The notes under the pieces are model-generated. The model did not search any database. It saw only the letters and a program-made list of their open reading frames with translations, and was not told the origin of the DNA. A DNA stretch of 64,000 bases from Candidatus Bathyarchaeota archaeon (GTDB lineage: Archaea > Thermoproteota > Bathyarchaeia > Bathyarchaeales > Bathycorpusculaceae), in assembly GCA_963715865.1 (NCBI GenBank), contig OY970280.1:640001-704000 (forward strand), read 5' to 3'. Below, one piece after another: positions 38,558-48,301 of this stretch. How positions within the stretch are numbered: position 1 is the first letter of the stretch; each line of letters starts with the position of its first letter. A program made the position numbers and the translations under genes.

Positions 38558-39574
38558 GTGACTGCTAACATGGAAAAAGAAAAAGCGAATAATCCGTTAA
38601 GCAAGATTAAGATTACTCCGTTAGCAGCAGAAAGCTTCGGCGTCCGCTCCATGTGCACATTAATAGAAACGCCCGATGTAACGGTGCTTTTGGATGCTGG
38701 AATATCGCTTTGCCCATACCGTTTCAGTTTGCCGCCGCATCCAATTGAGTTTCAAACAATCAATAAGCTTCGCAAGCGCATAGCAGAAGCCGCAGACAAG
38801 ACTGATTTGGTGACGATTAGCCATTACCACTTTGACCATCACACGCCTTCCTATGAGGACTGGGTTGTAAACTGGACGGAAGCAAACGAAACCGCACGCC
38901 AAATCTACCAAGACAAAACAGTTCTAATGAAAAATCCTAAAGAAAAAATCAACGCAAGCCAAAGGCAAAGAGCTTGGCTCTTCCAAAAAACAGGCGGCAA
39001 ATACGCCAAAAATCTGGAAGTAGCCGACGGAAAAACATTCACTTATGGGAAGACTGTGTTGCGTTTTTCTGAACCTGTCGCTCACGGCTCTGAAGATACA
39101 ATGCTCGGCTGGGTGATAATGGCAGTTGTGGAGCATGAGGGTGAGCGGTTCATGTTTGCGCCTGATGTTCAAGGACCAATGTCTACCCATACGCTTGAGC
39201 TGATTAAGAAGGCAGAGCCAACCGTGATTATGCTGGGTGGACCACCGCTTTATCTAGGCGGCTTCAGAGTTGACATGGCTCAGTTAGAGCAGGGATTGAG
39301 GAACTTGGAGAGCATTGTTCAAGCGGTGCCGTTGGTTATTCTTGAGCATCATGCGTTAAGAGACGAATCGTGGAAGCAAAAAATAGACAAAGTATACCAG
39401 CAAGCTTCCAAGGCTGAGCATAGCATTGTGACGGCTGCAGAGTACTTGGGCAACGAGAACGTGTTACTAGAATCCAAGCGTAAGCAGCTTTACCGCGACT
39501 TTCCGCCGTCCCCAGAGTTTAAGCAGTGGATAAAAACCCTGAACAACAAAAAAATCGCTAAACCCCCAATATAA
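38558..39574 (+). CDS. UPF0282-like metallo-beta-lactamase-fold protein
   Basis: PLAAESFGVRSM, ISHYHFDHH, PDVQGP and LEHHALRD motifs. Confidence 0.88.
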   Translation: MTANMEKEKANNPLSKIKITPLAAESFGVRSMCTLIETPDVTVLLDAGISLCPYRFSLPPHPIEFQTINKLRKRIAEAADKTDLVTISHYHFDHHTPSYEDWVVNWTEANETARQIYQDKTVLMKNPKEKINASQRQRAWLFQKTGGKYAKNLEVADGKTFTYGKTVLRFSEPVAHGSEDTMLGWVIMAVVEHEGERFMFAPDVQGPMSTHTLELIKKAEPTVIMLGGPPLYLGGFRVDMAQLEQGLRNLESIVQAVPLVILEHHALRDESWKQKIDKVYQQASKAEHSIVTAAEYLGNENVLLESKRKQLYRDFPPSPEFKQWIKTLNNKKIAKPPI

Positions 39575-39592
39575 CGCGTAACTGTTCATGAT

Positions 39593-39701
39593 GGCTTAAC
39601 AGTCATAACTTTGGCATTGGATTTGACTTTGACTATACTACCGTAGACCTGCCGGCTGGATTGTTGAACAAAACTTTTAAGCGACCGAACAAATCTAGCC
39701 T
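39593..39701 (-). repeat. Decayed copy of a short sequence also found at 44540-44704
   Basis: Reverse complement AGGCTAG..TGTTCGGTCGCTTAAAAGTTTTGTTCAACAATCCAGCCGGCA, then AATGCCAAAGTTATGACTGTTAAGCC. Confidence 0.75.
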
Positions 39702-39946
39702 ACTCCTCAATTGTCTCGACAAAAGCTTTCTGCCCCGACACCGCAAATTTAGTTCAAGCTGCTTGTTTACAGCATAAACCATTCTCTGGAAACTACACTA
39801 TCATTTAGTTGATAATTCTGGCTAGAAAGCAAAGACCAAGCGAAAAATTTAACGAAGATGAAACATGCAAACGCAAACCCGCATAATCCTGGTTAAGAAA
39901 CTTTAATATGTCAAAAGTGAAATAGTTCAATTCTGAGGTTTTTGTT

Positions 39947-40273
39947 TTGGATAAAAATCATTCAGTTATAGCCGAATTTAGCATAATACCCATCGGTCAA
40001 GCAGGAAGCAGCGTCAGCCGTTACGTGGCAGCAGCCATCAACGCCTTAAAGAACGTAAAAGGACTAGACTTTGAAGTGACACCCATGGGAACCATTCTCG
40101 CAGCAAAAAATCTCGACACGATATTTGAAGCTGTCCGCCAAGCGCATGAAGCCATCATCGCCACGGGAGTCAAAAGAGTGGAATCCACTCTCAGAATAGA
40201 TGATCGAAGAGATAAGCCACGCACAATGGACGATAAGGTAAAAGCAGTTAAAAAATACATGAAACATGCTTAA
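39947..40273 (+). CDS. MTH1187/thiamine-binding family protein
   Basis: AEFSIIPIG...SVSRYVAA...TPMGT...RIDDRRDK. Confidence 0.92.
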   Translation: MDKNHSVIAEFSIIPIGQAGSSVSRYVAAAINALKNVKGLDFEVTPMGTILAAKNLDTIFEAVRQAHEAIIATGVKRVESTLRIDDRRDKPRTMDDKVKAVKKYMKHA

Positions 40274-40480
40274 ACAGATACCAGCCAATTAATAGGCAAG
40301 CCAACACGCCATACCTCATGAACAACATTGTCCCGACAATTGCTGCTATTTTTGTTTGGACAAAAGAAAATACTCCAAAAACCGATCAAAAAGCCCCCAA
40401 TAAAAAAGCTATATTTTCCGACTAATTCAATATGTCGAAAAAAATTCAGCGAAAGAAAAGGAAGGAAAATTCTTTTCCAT

Positions 40481-40690
40481 TTAAGCTATTGTTAGTTTTT
40501 TGGTTTCCTTAGGTTCCTTCTTAGGTAAGGTAATCTCCAGTATGCCGTTGTTTAAACTTGCTTTTGCATCGTCTGACCGCACCTTTTCAGGCAGCTGAAT
40601 TCTTCTGTAGAAGATTTGTGCAGTTCTCTCGCGGCAAACATAATTTTTTTTCTTTTCTTCCTCTGCTTCACTTCTTTTTGCATAAACCAT
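40481..40690 (-). pseudogene. C-terminal fragment of Hsp20/alpha-crystallin small heat-shock protein
   Basis: RER...FYRRIQLPEKV...AKASLNNGILEITLPK. The N-terminal half is missing. Confidence 0.8.
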
Positions 40691-41003
40691 TACAGAATCG
40701 CATTTACGGCTCGAAGAAATTGAGTTGAAGATTCGCTGGCAAATGACGGATTAACTTGGCGCAAGCTAAAAAGATTCTTTCGGAAGAGAGAGAGGGGACT
40801 TTGTCGCTTGCGTTTCAGTTAACCGTTGATTTGCCAAACGCTTTTGGATTTACTAAATCCTATGCGTTTATTACTCATAGTGCAGGTTGAATCTTAAATA
40901 ATGATGTGACTGCTATAGCACTACAACAAATCAACTTCATGATGTGGCCCTGAAATCACAAACATACATTTCCAAGATTTTCTAAGCAAAAGAGCCTAAA
41001 AAC

Positions 41004-41705
41004 TTAGTGTTTTCTAGGCTTTATCATTGTCATGGCTTTCTTTAAGTCTAGTGGTGTGTTTATGTTGAAGAAAGTTCGCAAATCTGGGTCTAACTGTTCT
41101 ATTACTAAGGTGGAAATATAGCGTACTCCTTGCATTTTACTTATCATTGCATTCATGTCAAGTTCATTATTTGCTAGCGCTTTTTTAGCTGCTTCCAACG
41201 CTTGCTTTGTATGGTAAACTGCATGCAAGGGTTCAATTTGGTTGTTGGGCCACCTTGGAATAACCGCTGACTTGTCAATACATAACTCAAAAAGCAAAGA
41301 CACAACATCTCTAGAAACAAACGGAACATCAAACGGCAAAAGCAACGAATATTTACCCTGAGCAGCCTCAAAACCAGTTAAAGCGCCAACTAAAGGTCCC
41401 CTTGACTCGCAAATATCAATGACAAACCGAACATTAAACGAAACCATTTTAGAGTACAAGTTTGCCCGTTCCTTAGAACTGGTCACAACAATTACTTCAC
41501 TAACAATGCCTTTAACAGCGTCAACTACATGGTTTAACAAGGGTTTATTATCCAGTTTCAAAACGCCCTTGTCTTCCCCGAACCTGCTCGAGGAACCCCC
41601 GACTAGAATAATGGCTGATCTATCCAAACAGTTGGCACTCCACTTTGCGAATTCTAAACACATGGAGTATTCTTTAAGGTTTGCATCTTTTAAGCTACAA
41701 AACAA
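41004..41705 (-). CDS. mobA: Molybdenum cofactor guanylyltransferase
   Basis: ILVGGSSSRFGEDKG, GPLVG, DVPF, EPLHAVY and FFNINTP motifs. Confidence 0.92.
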   Translation of the reverse strand: MFCSLKDANLKEYSMCLEFAKWSANCLDRSAIILVGGSSSRFGEDKGVLKLDNKPLLNHVVDAVKGIVSEVIVVTSSKERANLYSKMVSFNVRFVIDICESRGPLVGALTGFEAAQGKYSLLLPFDVPFVSRDVVSLLFELCIDKSAVIPRWPNNQIEPLHAVYHTKQALEAAKKALANNELDMNAMISKMQGVRYISTLVIEQLDPDLRTFFNINTPLDLKKAMTMIKPRKH

Positions 41706-41731
41706 AGATAAAAAAAAATAAAAAAGGCTGA

Positions 41732-42520
41732 TTAGTTTACTTCATTATTATCTATCTTTCTTGCCATTTCAGCAATTATCTTACTGAACGGATGATCAGG
41801 TTTGTCCTGAACAAAAATCAAGTTGCCTTCAGCCCTCAAAATCTCACAAAAACAAGGCACAATCCCCAACATAGGCACCTGATAAACCGTTTTAACTTTA
41901 GCGCTCATTTCAGATTTCTTAGCCGTGGCAGATGAATCAAGCACTTTGTTTAGCACCAAACCCGTTTTCTTCTCAAACAAGTTGTACAACTCCTGCAGCA
42001 TGCGTTTTGTTCCATCTACATCTGACCTATCAGCTGTTGTTGCTACAACTACGAAGTCGGCAGCCACAATAGCATTTATCGAGGAATACTGTAATCCTGG
42101 GCTTGTGTCAAAGAACAAGTAATCAAACTTTTGGTCCCTGAGCAATGATTCTTTAAGAGCAAGAAGTCTACCTAAAGCACGCATTTCCCATTTTCTATCC
42201 TTCGATGACATGTCCCGGATTGCTTCAGTTGCAGGGTTTGCAAAGCTAACGAAAAACTTGCCGTTTCCAGGAATCCTACTGCTTAAATCAACAAGAACCT
42301 TATTGATGTCACAGGTATTGTTCAAGTAATCGTTAAACCAGAATTCAACATTTTCAGCTTTAAGAGTGGCGAACAAGCTTGGCGCTCGAAAATCAAGGTC
42401 GAAAACGCAAACTTTCTTACCGTTTTTAGCCAAGATAGCTGCTAAATTCACTGAAAGAAGCGTTTTTCCAGTACCGCCTTTATAGGAATGTACAGCGATT
42501 ATCTTACTCACAGTTTTCAC
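41732..42520 (-). CDS. MinD/ParA-family ATPase
   Basis: Deviant Walker A SYKGGTGKT, plus DLDFRAPSL and FDTSPG. Confidence 0.92.
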   Translation of the reverse strand: MKTVSKIIAVHSYKGGTGKTLLSVNLAAILAKNGKKVCVFDLDFRAPSLFATLKAENVEFWFNDYLNNTCDINKVLVDLSSRIPGNGKFFVSFANPATEAIRDMSSKDRKWEMRALGRLLALKESLLRDQKFDYLFFDTSPGLQYSSINAIVAADFVVVATTADRSDVDGTKRMLQELYNLFEKKTGLVLNKVLDSSATAKKSEMSAKVKTVYQVPMLGIVPCFCEILRAEGNLIFVQDKPDHPFSKIIAEMARKIDNNEVN

Positions 42521-42900
42521 CCTTGCGTTTCCCTGTCAACGTAAAAGTAGGCTTTTCTTCCCTTTCGCTCTTTCTTAAGGTAACCCATAATTACAAGCTG
42601 ATTAAGATATGCACTTTCCACCGCTCTGGCTCGCCTTGTTTGCTCAGCAATTTCTTCAGCCGTTGCTCTTCCACATCGACAAATCGCCATGGCTGTTTTC
42701 CGTAGATGATCCGGCATGGAAAGAAGCGTCATAACATCCAATGGCGCATCGGGCAATGTTGGAGCAGATCTTTGGTTGCCATTACCGTTCTTCTGAATTT
42801 CAATCATTACCTCCATTTTCTCGTTTAGCTTCTCGAGGTTTTCTTCAATTTTTTCAAGAATGCTTATCGGTTTTTTAGTTAATATTTCGTCTTTAATCAC
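42517..42900 (-). CDS. Coiled-coil plus winged-HTH protein, translationally coupled to the ATPase
   Basis: LEKIEENLEKLNEKME coil, then ATAEEIAEQTRRARAVESAYLNQL...ERKGRKAYF. The 4-nt overlap with the next gene implies coupling. Confidence 0.85.
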   Translation of the reverse strand: MIKDEILTKKPISILEKIEENLEKLNEKMEVMIEIQKNGNGNQRSAPTLPDAPLDVMTLLSMPDHLRKTAMAICRCGRATAEEIAEQTRRARAVESAYLNQLVIMGYLKKERKGRKAYFYVDRETQG

Positions 42901-42947
42901 GAGTTATCCCCGAGTTGTTTTGCATGGGTACAGTTGGTTAGTTTAAG

Positions 42948-42964
42948 TAATAAACTGTTTATTA
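42948..42964. promoter_or_regulatory. Perfect 8-bp inverted repeat upstream of the wHTH/ATPase operon
   Basis: TAATAAAC-T-GTTTATTA, about 50 nt upstream of the start at 42900. Confidence 0.5.
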
Positions 42965-43108
42965 AGTCTTGCGAAACTACAGTATTTATTTCAAACAACC
43001 GAAATTATAACATATCAACCTGTTTTAATAACAGAGTTTAGCGAGTAAAATGATTAATTTTAGAAATTAGTTTTGTCTAGAAATTTGATGTTGGGAAAAG
43101 TGGGGTTT

Positions 43109-43402
43109 TTAGTAGGGGATTAGCGCTTGGTTTCTTGCTTCCTCTACTATAGGTAAGACTTGTTTCAGTTCTCTGAAGTATTTTAGAACTGTTATGCCGC
43201 GTTGTGTAACGGCGTAAACTACACGTCGTTTTCCAACGGTGCGCTCTTCAACCAAGCCTTGTTTGATTAGGAAGTCAAGGTACTCTTTGAGAACGCTACA
43301 GTTAACGTTTGCTTTGTACATGACATGGGTTAGCTTCAGCGGTCCTCGATGTGCCAGAACCGTAATGATGTCAACATACATTTCTAGTTTTGAACGCCGC
43401 AC
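43109..43402 (-). CDS. Winged-HTH transcriptional regulator (HTH_45-like)
   Basis: MRRSKLEMYVDII...; paralogue of 33093-33398. Confidence 0.9.
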   Translation of the reverse strand: MRRSKLEMYVDIITVLAHRGPLKLTHVMYKANVNCSVLKEYLDFLIKQGLVEERTVGKRRVVYAVTQRGITVLKYFRELKQVLPIVEEARNQALIPY

Positions 43403-43489
43403 TTTATACTCCTCTTTTTTTGTTTAATTCCATTTTTTATTATAAAACATTTATGTATTAGTACTCAGTATTTTTGTCCATGTTTGCAG

Positions 43490-43669
43490 CTAATTATCGG
43501 TTTTTTGGCTTGCACGGTTTAACACGTTTAATCTATTTTCGAATGCAGTAACCATGTCATCTAGCAATATTTCACGCAATTCGGTAGACAATCCGTTGAT
43601 TTTCTCTTGGAAAACGTTCGCTAACTTAGCTTCTAATTCTTTTCTGTCTTTATCTGCAAGTTGTTTCAT
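43490..43669 (-). CDS. 59-aa helical microprotein (below the ORF-track cutoff)
   Basis: MKQLADKDRKELEAKLANVFQEKINGLSTELREILLDDMVTAFENRLNVLNRASQKTDN. Confidence 0.65.
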   Translation of the reverse strand: MKQLADKDRKELEAKLANVFQEKINGLSTELREILLDDMVTAFENRLNVLNRASQKTDN

Positions 43670-44539
43670 ACACTTTTCTCCAGACTCTAATACAACCCAA
43701 AATAGCTAAAGCTATTTAACTAACTTATGAAAGCAACCTATGAATCCGAAATAAATAGCTAAAAACAGAACTTTTCTTGTGCTCTGCGCTGTTTACACCC
43801 TCGAAATAAAGAATCGATAGTTACCTTGTTCATTGCCCCTTTATTTTTGGAGCATCTTGGTTTTCTTGATGAACCCAGTACACCTGAGTTTTCTCAAGTT
43901 AACCGAACTTTGGGCTATTAGTATGCCAATTTTAGGCTTAGGTTTTATTGCAAAATCTAACGAATAAGCGCAAAATAAATTGTCCTATACAATTAGTTGT
44001 AGCGCGTATATGTTTTGAAAAAAGTTGCTGTTGTTCTGCAATCACAAATCAATTTAAATCCCATTGACAATTCATCATGCGGCAAAGTTGTCATTGACCG
44101 TGACATAATTGATTGTTTTATTAGGAAGTAATTTTTTTTAATGTTAAACTCTGTTAAGGAGAAATCTTGGAGTGTATTACTCATCAAAGGGCATGTTTTG
44201 AATAATCAGGTCAGGGCTGAACGCTGTGAAAACTGCAAGTCAACAAGTAAAGTTTTAACAACTAACTTTAGCAATCCTAACCTATTGCTGTACGGTTGCA
44301 AAGACAGTAAATGTAGACACAGGCTTTTGCGCTTGGATTTTAACGACGAGATAACCCCAAAACTGAGCAATTCTAGCGTTGACAAAAAAAAGCGTGGCTT
44401 AAAGCGAACTACTCGGCGCTTACGCGGCGAGCATCTAAAAGCAAAACCTATGAAGCATTAGAAGGCAGCTTGGTGTAGATTTTTTAGTCGCAACTAATCG
44501 CAGTGCAATAGTCGCAACTATTGAGCCTGTTGAATAGTC

Positions 44540-44704
44540 TATTGTAGTGATAGTGAAGCCCGACGCCAAAGTGATGACTATTGAGCCTGCTTTGGCGCAT
44601 TTATGATAAAGGCAGTTTTCCTAAGTGAATGGTTGGTGGAGATTAAAAGGCTAGTGACATATGTTCGGTCGCGTAAAAGTTTTGTTCAAACAATCCAGCC
44701 CGCA
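44540..44704 (+). repeat. Second copy of the 39.6-kb sequence, with its two blocks in reversed order
   Basis: GACGCCAAAGTGATGACTATTGAGCC (44562-44587), then AGGCTAG...TGTTCGGTCGCGTAAAAGTTTTGTTCAAACAATCCAGCCCGCA (44648-44704). Confidence 0.75.
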
Positions 44705-45005
44705 AAGACTTGAGCATAAAAAAGCGCGTTCATTCTGCCGCTAACGTGGCAGGTTTTCTGCTAGGTTTTTTACAAAAACAACTTGCAAGTTAACGTTCTT
44801 TCACTATAAAGTCCAATCAACATATTGGAAGAGACCAGATGCTTGAAAGTACCAGGCCCTTCTCAACTTTCCAATTCAACTAATGGACTAATGGTTCGCT
44901 CTTTGAATAGGGAGGCGCAATTTATTCGAGCAGCTAGCTCCAGAAGGTTTAATGTAAGCTTAAATCTCTACCCTTGAATAATCATTAACATGGAGAATCA
45001 GCTAA

Positions 45006-45809
45006 GTGTCCTACGTCTTTAACATACCCTACCGAAACAACATCAAACTCAAGCAGGCAATGGAAAAAATAAAAGAAGACAAGAAACTGCAAACCTACTG
45101 GAAATGCGCCAACGTTATGGCAATAGAACGCATGGGCTACACCGATCATGGTCCAACACACGTTAAAATCGTAGCCAACCTTGCGCTGAAGCTTCTACGC
45201 ATTCTTGTCGAGAAAAAACTCATCAAGCCCAGCATAGTGGAAAATTACGGTATGAAAAATGAAGACGCGGAAGTGGTTGTTGTTCTAGGCGCAATCTTTC
45301 ATGATTTAGGCATGATTGTACAAAGAAGCAACCATGAAGAGTACAGTGCATTCTTGGCTTTAGAATTCATCGAAAAATGTTTAACGCCAGCCTACAATGA
45401 AGAAGAAAAAGCAATAATCACCTCAGAAGTTCTACATGCCATCGTAGCCCACGAGCAACCATACAGCATTGAACCATCAAAAAAGATATTAACCAAAGAA
45501 GCAGGCATAGTCGGCATCGCTGACGCGTTGGACATGGAAGCGGGAAGAGCGCGAATTCCCTTCCAAGCAGGCAAAGTGGACATTCACGCTATTTCAGCAT
45601 TATCTATCGAAAAAGTAGAAGTAGAAGTAGCTGAGACAGGCAAACCCATCATCATAAAAATTAAAATGTCCAATTCAGCAGGCGTATTCCAAATAGACGA
45701 ACTACTAAAGCCGAGAATCGTCAACTCAGGACTTGAACAATTCTTCCATGTAATCGCCGAAATCACAGGCGAAAAAGAAAGAAAAATCATCGAAAAATTC
45801 GAAATCTAA
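45006..45809 (+). CDS. HD-superfamily phosphohydrolase
   Basis: DHGPTHV, GAIFHDLGM, AIVAHE, ADALD motifs. Confidence 0.9.
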   Translation: MSYVFNIPYRNNIKLKQAMEKIKEDKKLQTYWKCANVMAIERMGYTDHGPTHVKIVANLALKLLRILVEKKLIKPSIVENYGMKNEDAEVVVVLGAIFHDLGMIVQRSNHEEYSAFLALEFIEKCLTPAYNEEEKAIITSEVLHAIVAHEQPYSIEPSKKILTKEAGIVGIADALDMEAGRARIPFQAGKVDIHAISALSIEKVEVEVAETGKPIIIKIKMSNSAGVFQIDELLKPRIVNSGLEQFFHVIAEITGEKERKIIEKFEI

Positions 45810-45835
45810 ATTAAAGTTTTGAGGCAACCAAACAA

Positions 45836-47560
45836 TTGATCCACGAATATGATGTTGTGGTTGTTGGCGGCGGAATTGCAGGATTATACACAGCACTAAC
45901 AGCGGCGGAACAATGCCGAGTCGCTGTCGTCAGCAAAGTGCATGTTACACGTTCCCACTCTGTTGCTGCGCAGGGTGGAATTGCGGCAAGCCTTGGAAAC
46001 GAGGAAGAAGACCATTGGGAATGGCACATGTACGACACCGTTAAAGGCAGCGATTACCTAGCAGACCAAGACGCAACAGAAATCCTAGCTAAAGAAGCGC
46101 CAAACGCTATAATCGCACTTGAGCACATGGGCGTACCATTCACCCGCAATGCACAAGGGAAAATTGAGCAACGCCGATTCGGAGGACACACAAGAAATTA
46201 CGGGGAAGCACCAGCTAAACGGGCATGTTACGTTTCTGACCGCACAGGCAGAGCAATAATGGATACACTCTACGACCGCTGCATAGCGAAAGGAGTAGAT
46301 ATGTACAATGAAGTTTTCATCTTGAAATTGTTGTTTTCAAGCAACCACTGCTGCGGCATAGCCGGCTATGATATTGCAACATGCGAGCCTCAAGTTTTTC
46401 ACGCAAAAGCAATCGTATTAGCTACGGGCGGATGCGGCAAAATCTACAAAACCACATCCAACGGGTTCGCTTCAACAGGCGACGGCTTCGCATTAGCCCT
46501 TGATTCGCTTATTCCTCTTGAGGACATGGAGTTTGTCCAGTTTCATCCTACTGGCATCTACGGGCTCGGAATTCTCATTAGTGAAGCTGCCCGTGGTGAA
46601 GGCGGCGTATTACACAATGGCCTCGGTGAACGATTTATGGAGCGTTATGCGCCTAATTTGAAGGATTTGGCTCCACGAGACATTATTTCAAGGGCAATAC
46701 TAACCGAGATAGAGGAAGGCAGAGGCGTGGAAGGCAAAGACTACGTTCACTTAGACCTCCGCGAAATAGGCAAAGAAAGATTGACGCAAAAATTGCCCGA
46801 AATCTCATCCTTCATAAAAACTTACTTAGGCATTGATCCAAGTGAAACGCCTGTCCCTGTGGCTCCCACATGCCACTACATGATGGGCGGAATACCCACT
46901 GACACTGAAGGACGCGTTTTGATTGATGAAACAGGCACAGTCCTGCCGGGGGTTTTCGCGGTTGGTGAATGCGCATGCGTCAGCGTTCATGGAGCAAACC
47001 GCTTAGGATGTAACTCGCTCATTGACCTGGTTGTTTTCGGATGTAGGACAGGCATCAACGTTGCAAAACATGCAAAGGAAAAAGATTTACCTCCGATTCC
47101 TCAACAAGCCGAAAGCATTGTAGTCGATAAAGTTAACAGTTTACTGAACTGTTCGGGAAACGAGCGCGTGCCAGTTTTGCGTGAGGCAATGCAGCGTTTG
47201 ATGACTGAGAAATGCAGCGTTTTCAGAAACGGTGACGGACTTGGTCAAGCGCTGGAGGAGATTCGCCAACTTGAAAAGCGATGCCTAAATGTTGGTTTAG
47301 CCAATAAGAGCAAAATATTCAATTATGAGCTAGAAGAAGCACTCGAGCTCGGAAACATGCTAAAAACCGCAGAAGCCATAGTTTTTTCAGCCCTCCAACG
47401 AAATGAAAGCCGCGGTGCCCATTACCGAAGCGATTACCCGGAAAGAAACGATGAAGAATGGCTAAAACACACCTTGGTCTATATGGCACCACAAGGGCTA
47501 AAGACCGCTTACAAACCCATATCGATCACACGGTTCCCACCTGAAAAACGGAGATACTAA
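45836..47560 (+). CDS. sdhA: Succinate dehydrogenase/fumarate reductase flavoprotein subunit
   Basis: VVGGGIAG, RSHSVAAQGG (covalent FAD His), QFHPTG, SEAARGEGG, HYMMGG, HGANRLG and ESRGAH motifs. Confidence 0.96.
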   Translation: MIHEYDVVVVGGGIAGLYTALTAAEQCRVAVVSKVHVTRSHSVAAQGGIAASLGNEEEDHWEWHMYDTVKGSDYLADQDATEILAKEAPNAIIALEHMGVPFTRNAQGKIEQRRFGGHTRNYGEAPAKRACYVSDRTGRAIMDTLYDRCIAKGVDMYNEVFILKLLFSSNHCCGIAGYDIATCEPQVFHAKAIVLATGGCGKIYKTTSNGFASTGDGFALALDSLIPLEDMEFVQFHPTGIYGLGILISEAARGEGGVLHNGLGERFMERYAPNLKDLAPRDIISRAILTEIEEGRGVEGKDYVHLDLREIGKERLTQKLPEISSFIKTYLGIDPSETPVPVAPTCHYMMGGIPTDTEGRVLIDETGTVLPGVFAVGECACVSVHGANRLGCNSLIDLVVFGCRTGINVAKHAKEKDLPPIPQQAESIVVDKVNSLLNCSGNERVPVLREAMQRLMTEKCSVFRNGDGLGQALEEIRQLEKRCLNVGLANKSKIFNYELEEALELGNMLKTAEAIVFSALQRNESRGAHYRSDYPERNDEEWLKHTLVYMAPQGLKTAYKPISITRFPPEKRRY

Positions 47561-47562
47561 AC

Positions 47563-48288
47563 ATGAAGGTAAAATTGAAAATTTACCGCTTCAACCCTGA
47601 AACCGACAAGGAACCGCATTACGACACGTTCACCGTTGAAGCAAACCCAAATGACCGAATCCTTGATTGCCTAAACAAAATACGATGGGAACAAGACAGC
47701 AGCTTAGCCTACAGGATGTCTTGCGCTCATGGAATCTGCGGTTCTGACGCGGTAACCATCAATGGGATGCCCGCTCTAGCCTGCCAAAAACTAATCAAAG
47801 ACTACGATTACACGCGGGAACTGCTGATTGAACCGTTAAAATATTTTCCCATAATAAAAGACTTAACCGTTGATATGACGCCTTTCTTCAAAAGAATAGA
47901 GGCAATAAACCCGAACATGCCTGAAAAACCGCTCAATGCTCCCATGGACAAGGAGCGTGTGCAAAGTATTGAAGAGCGAGGCAGAATCGATGATGCCATC
48001 AAATGTGTATTATGCGGTTGCTGTGTTGCTGCTTGCCCAGTTATTCTTGAGCAGGAACCAAAATTCATCGGTCCAGCCGCCATACTTCGAGCGCAAAAAT
48101 ACATTTTTGATTCTCGGACAACCGATAAAATTGAGCGCATGCAAGTTATGGAGAAACCTTATGGGATTTGGGGTTGCAAAAGCTACTACATGTGCACAAT
48201 GGTCTGTCCAAAGAACATTAAAGTCACTGAAGCAATACTAAAGACTAAGAAAAAAATAATTCAGGAACTTCACCCTAAAAGCGAGTAG
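47563..48288 (+). CDS. sdhB: Succinate dehydrogenase/fumarate reductase iron-sulfur subunit
   Basis: SCAHGICGSD..AC (2Fe-2S), CVLCGCCVAACP (4Fe-4S) and CKSYYMCTMVCP (3Fe-4S). Confidence 0.96.
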   Translation: MKVKLKIYRFNPETDKEPHYDTFTVEANPNDRILDCLNKIRWEQDSSLAYRMSCAHGICGSDAVTINGMPALACQKLIKDYDYTRELLIEPLKYFPIIKDLTVDMTPFFKRIEAINPNMPEKPLNAPMDKERVQSIEERGRIDDAIKCVLCGCCVAACPVILEQEPKFIGPAAILRAQKYIFDSRTTDKIERMQVMEKPYGIWGCKSYYMCTMVCPKNIKVTEAILKTKKKIIQELHPKSE

Positions 48289-48301
48289 GAGACCAATTTA
48301 A

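Noticed and set aside
44141-44461. 106-aa ORF with CxxC motifs
   Set aside because: No SD, ends in basic low-complexity sequence, and no family recognised. Cannot be supported as a gene, though a zinc-ribbon relic is not excluded.
45836-48288. Methanogen-type thiol:fumarate reductase (TfrAB)
   Set aside because: The Fe-S subunit is only 241 aa and lacks the CCG domains of TfrB.
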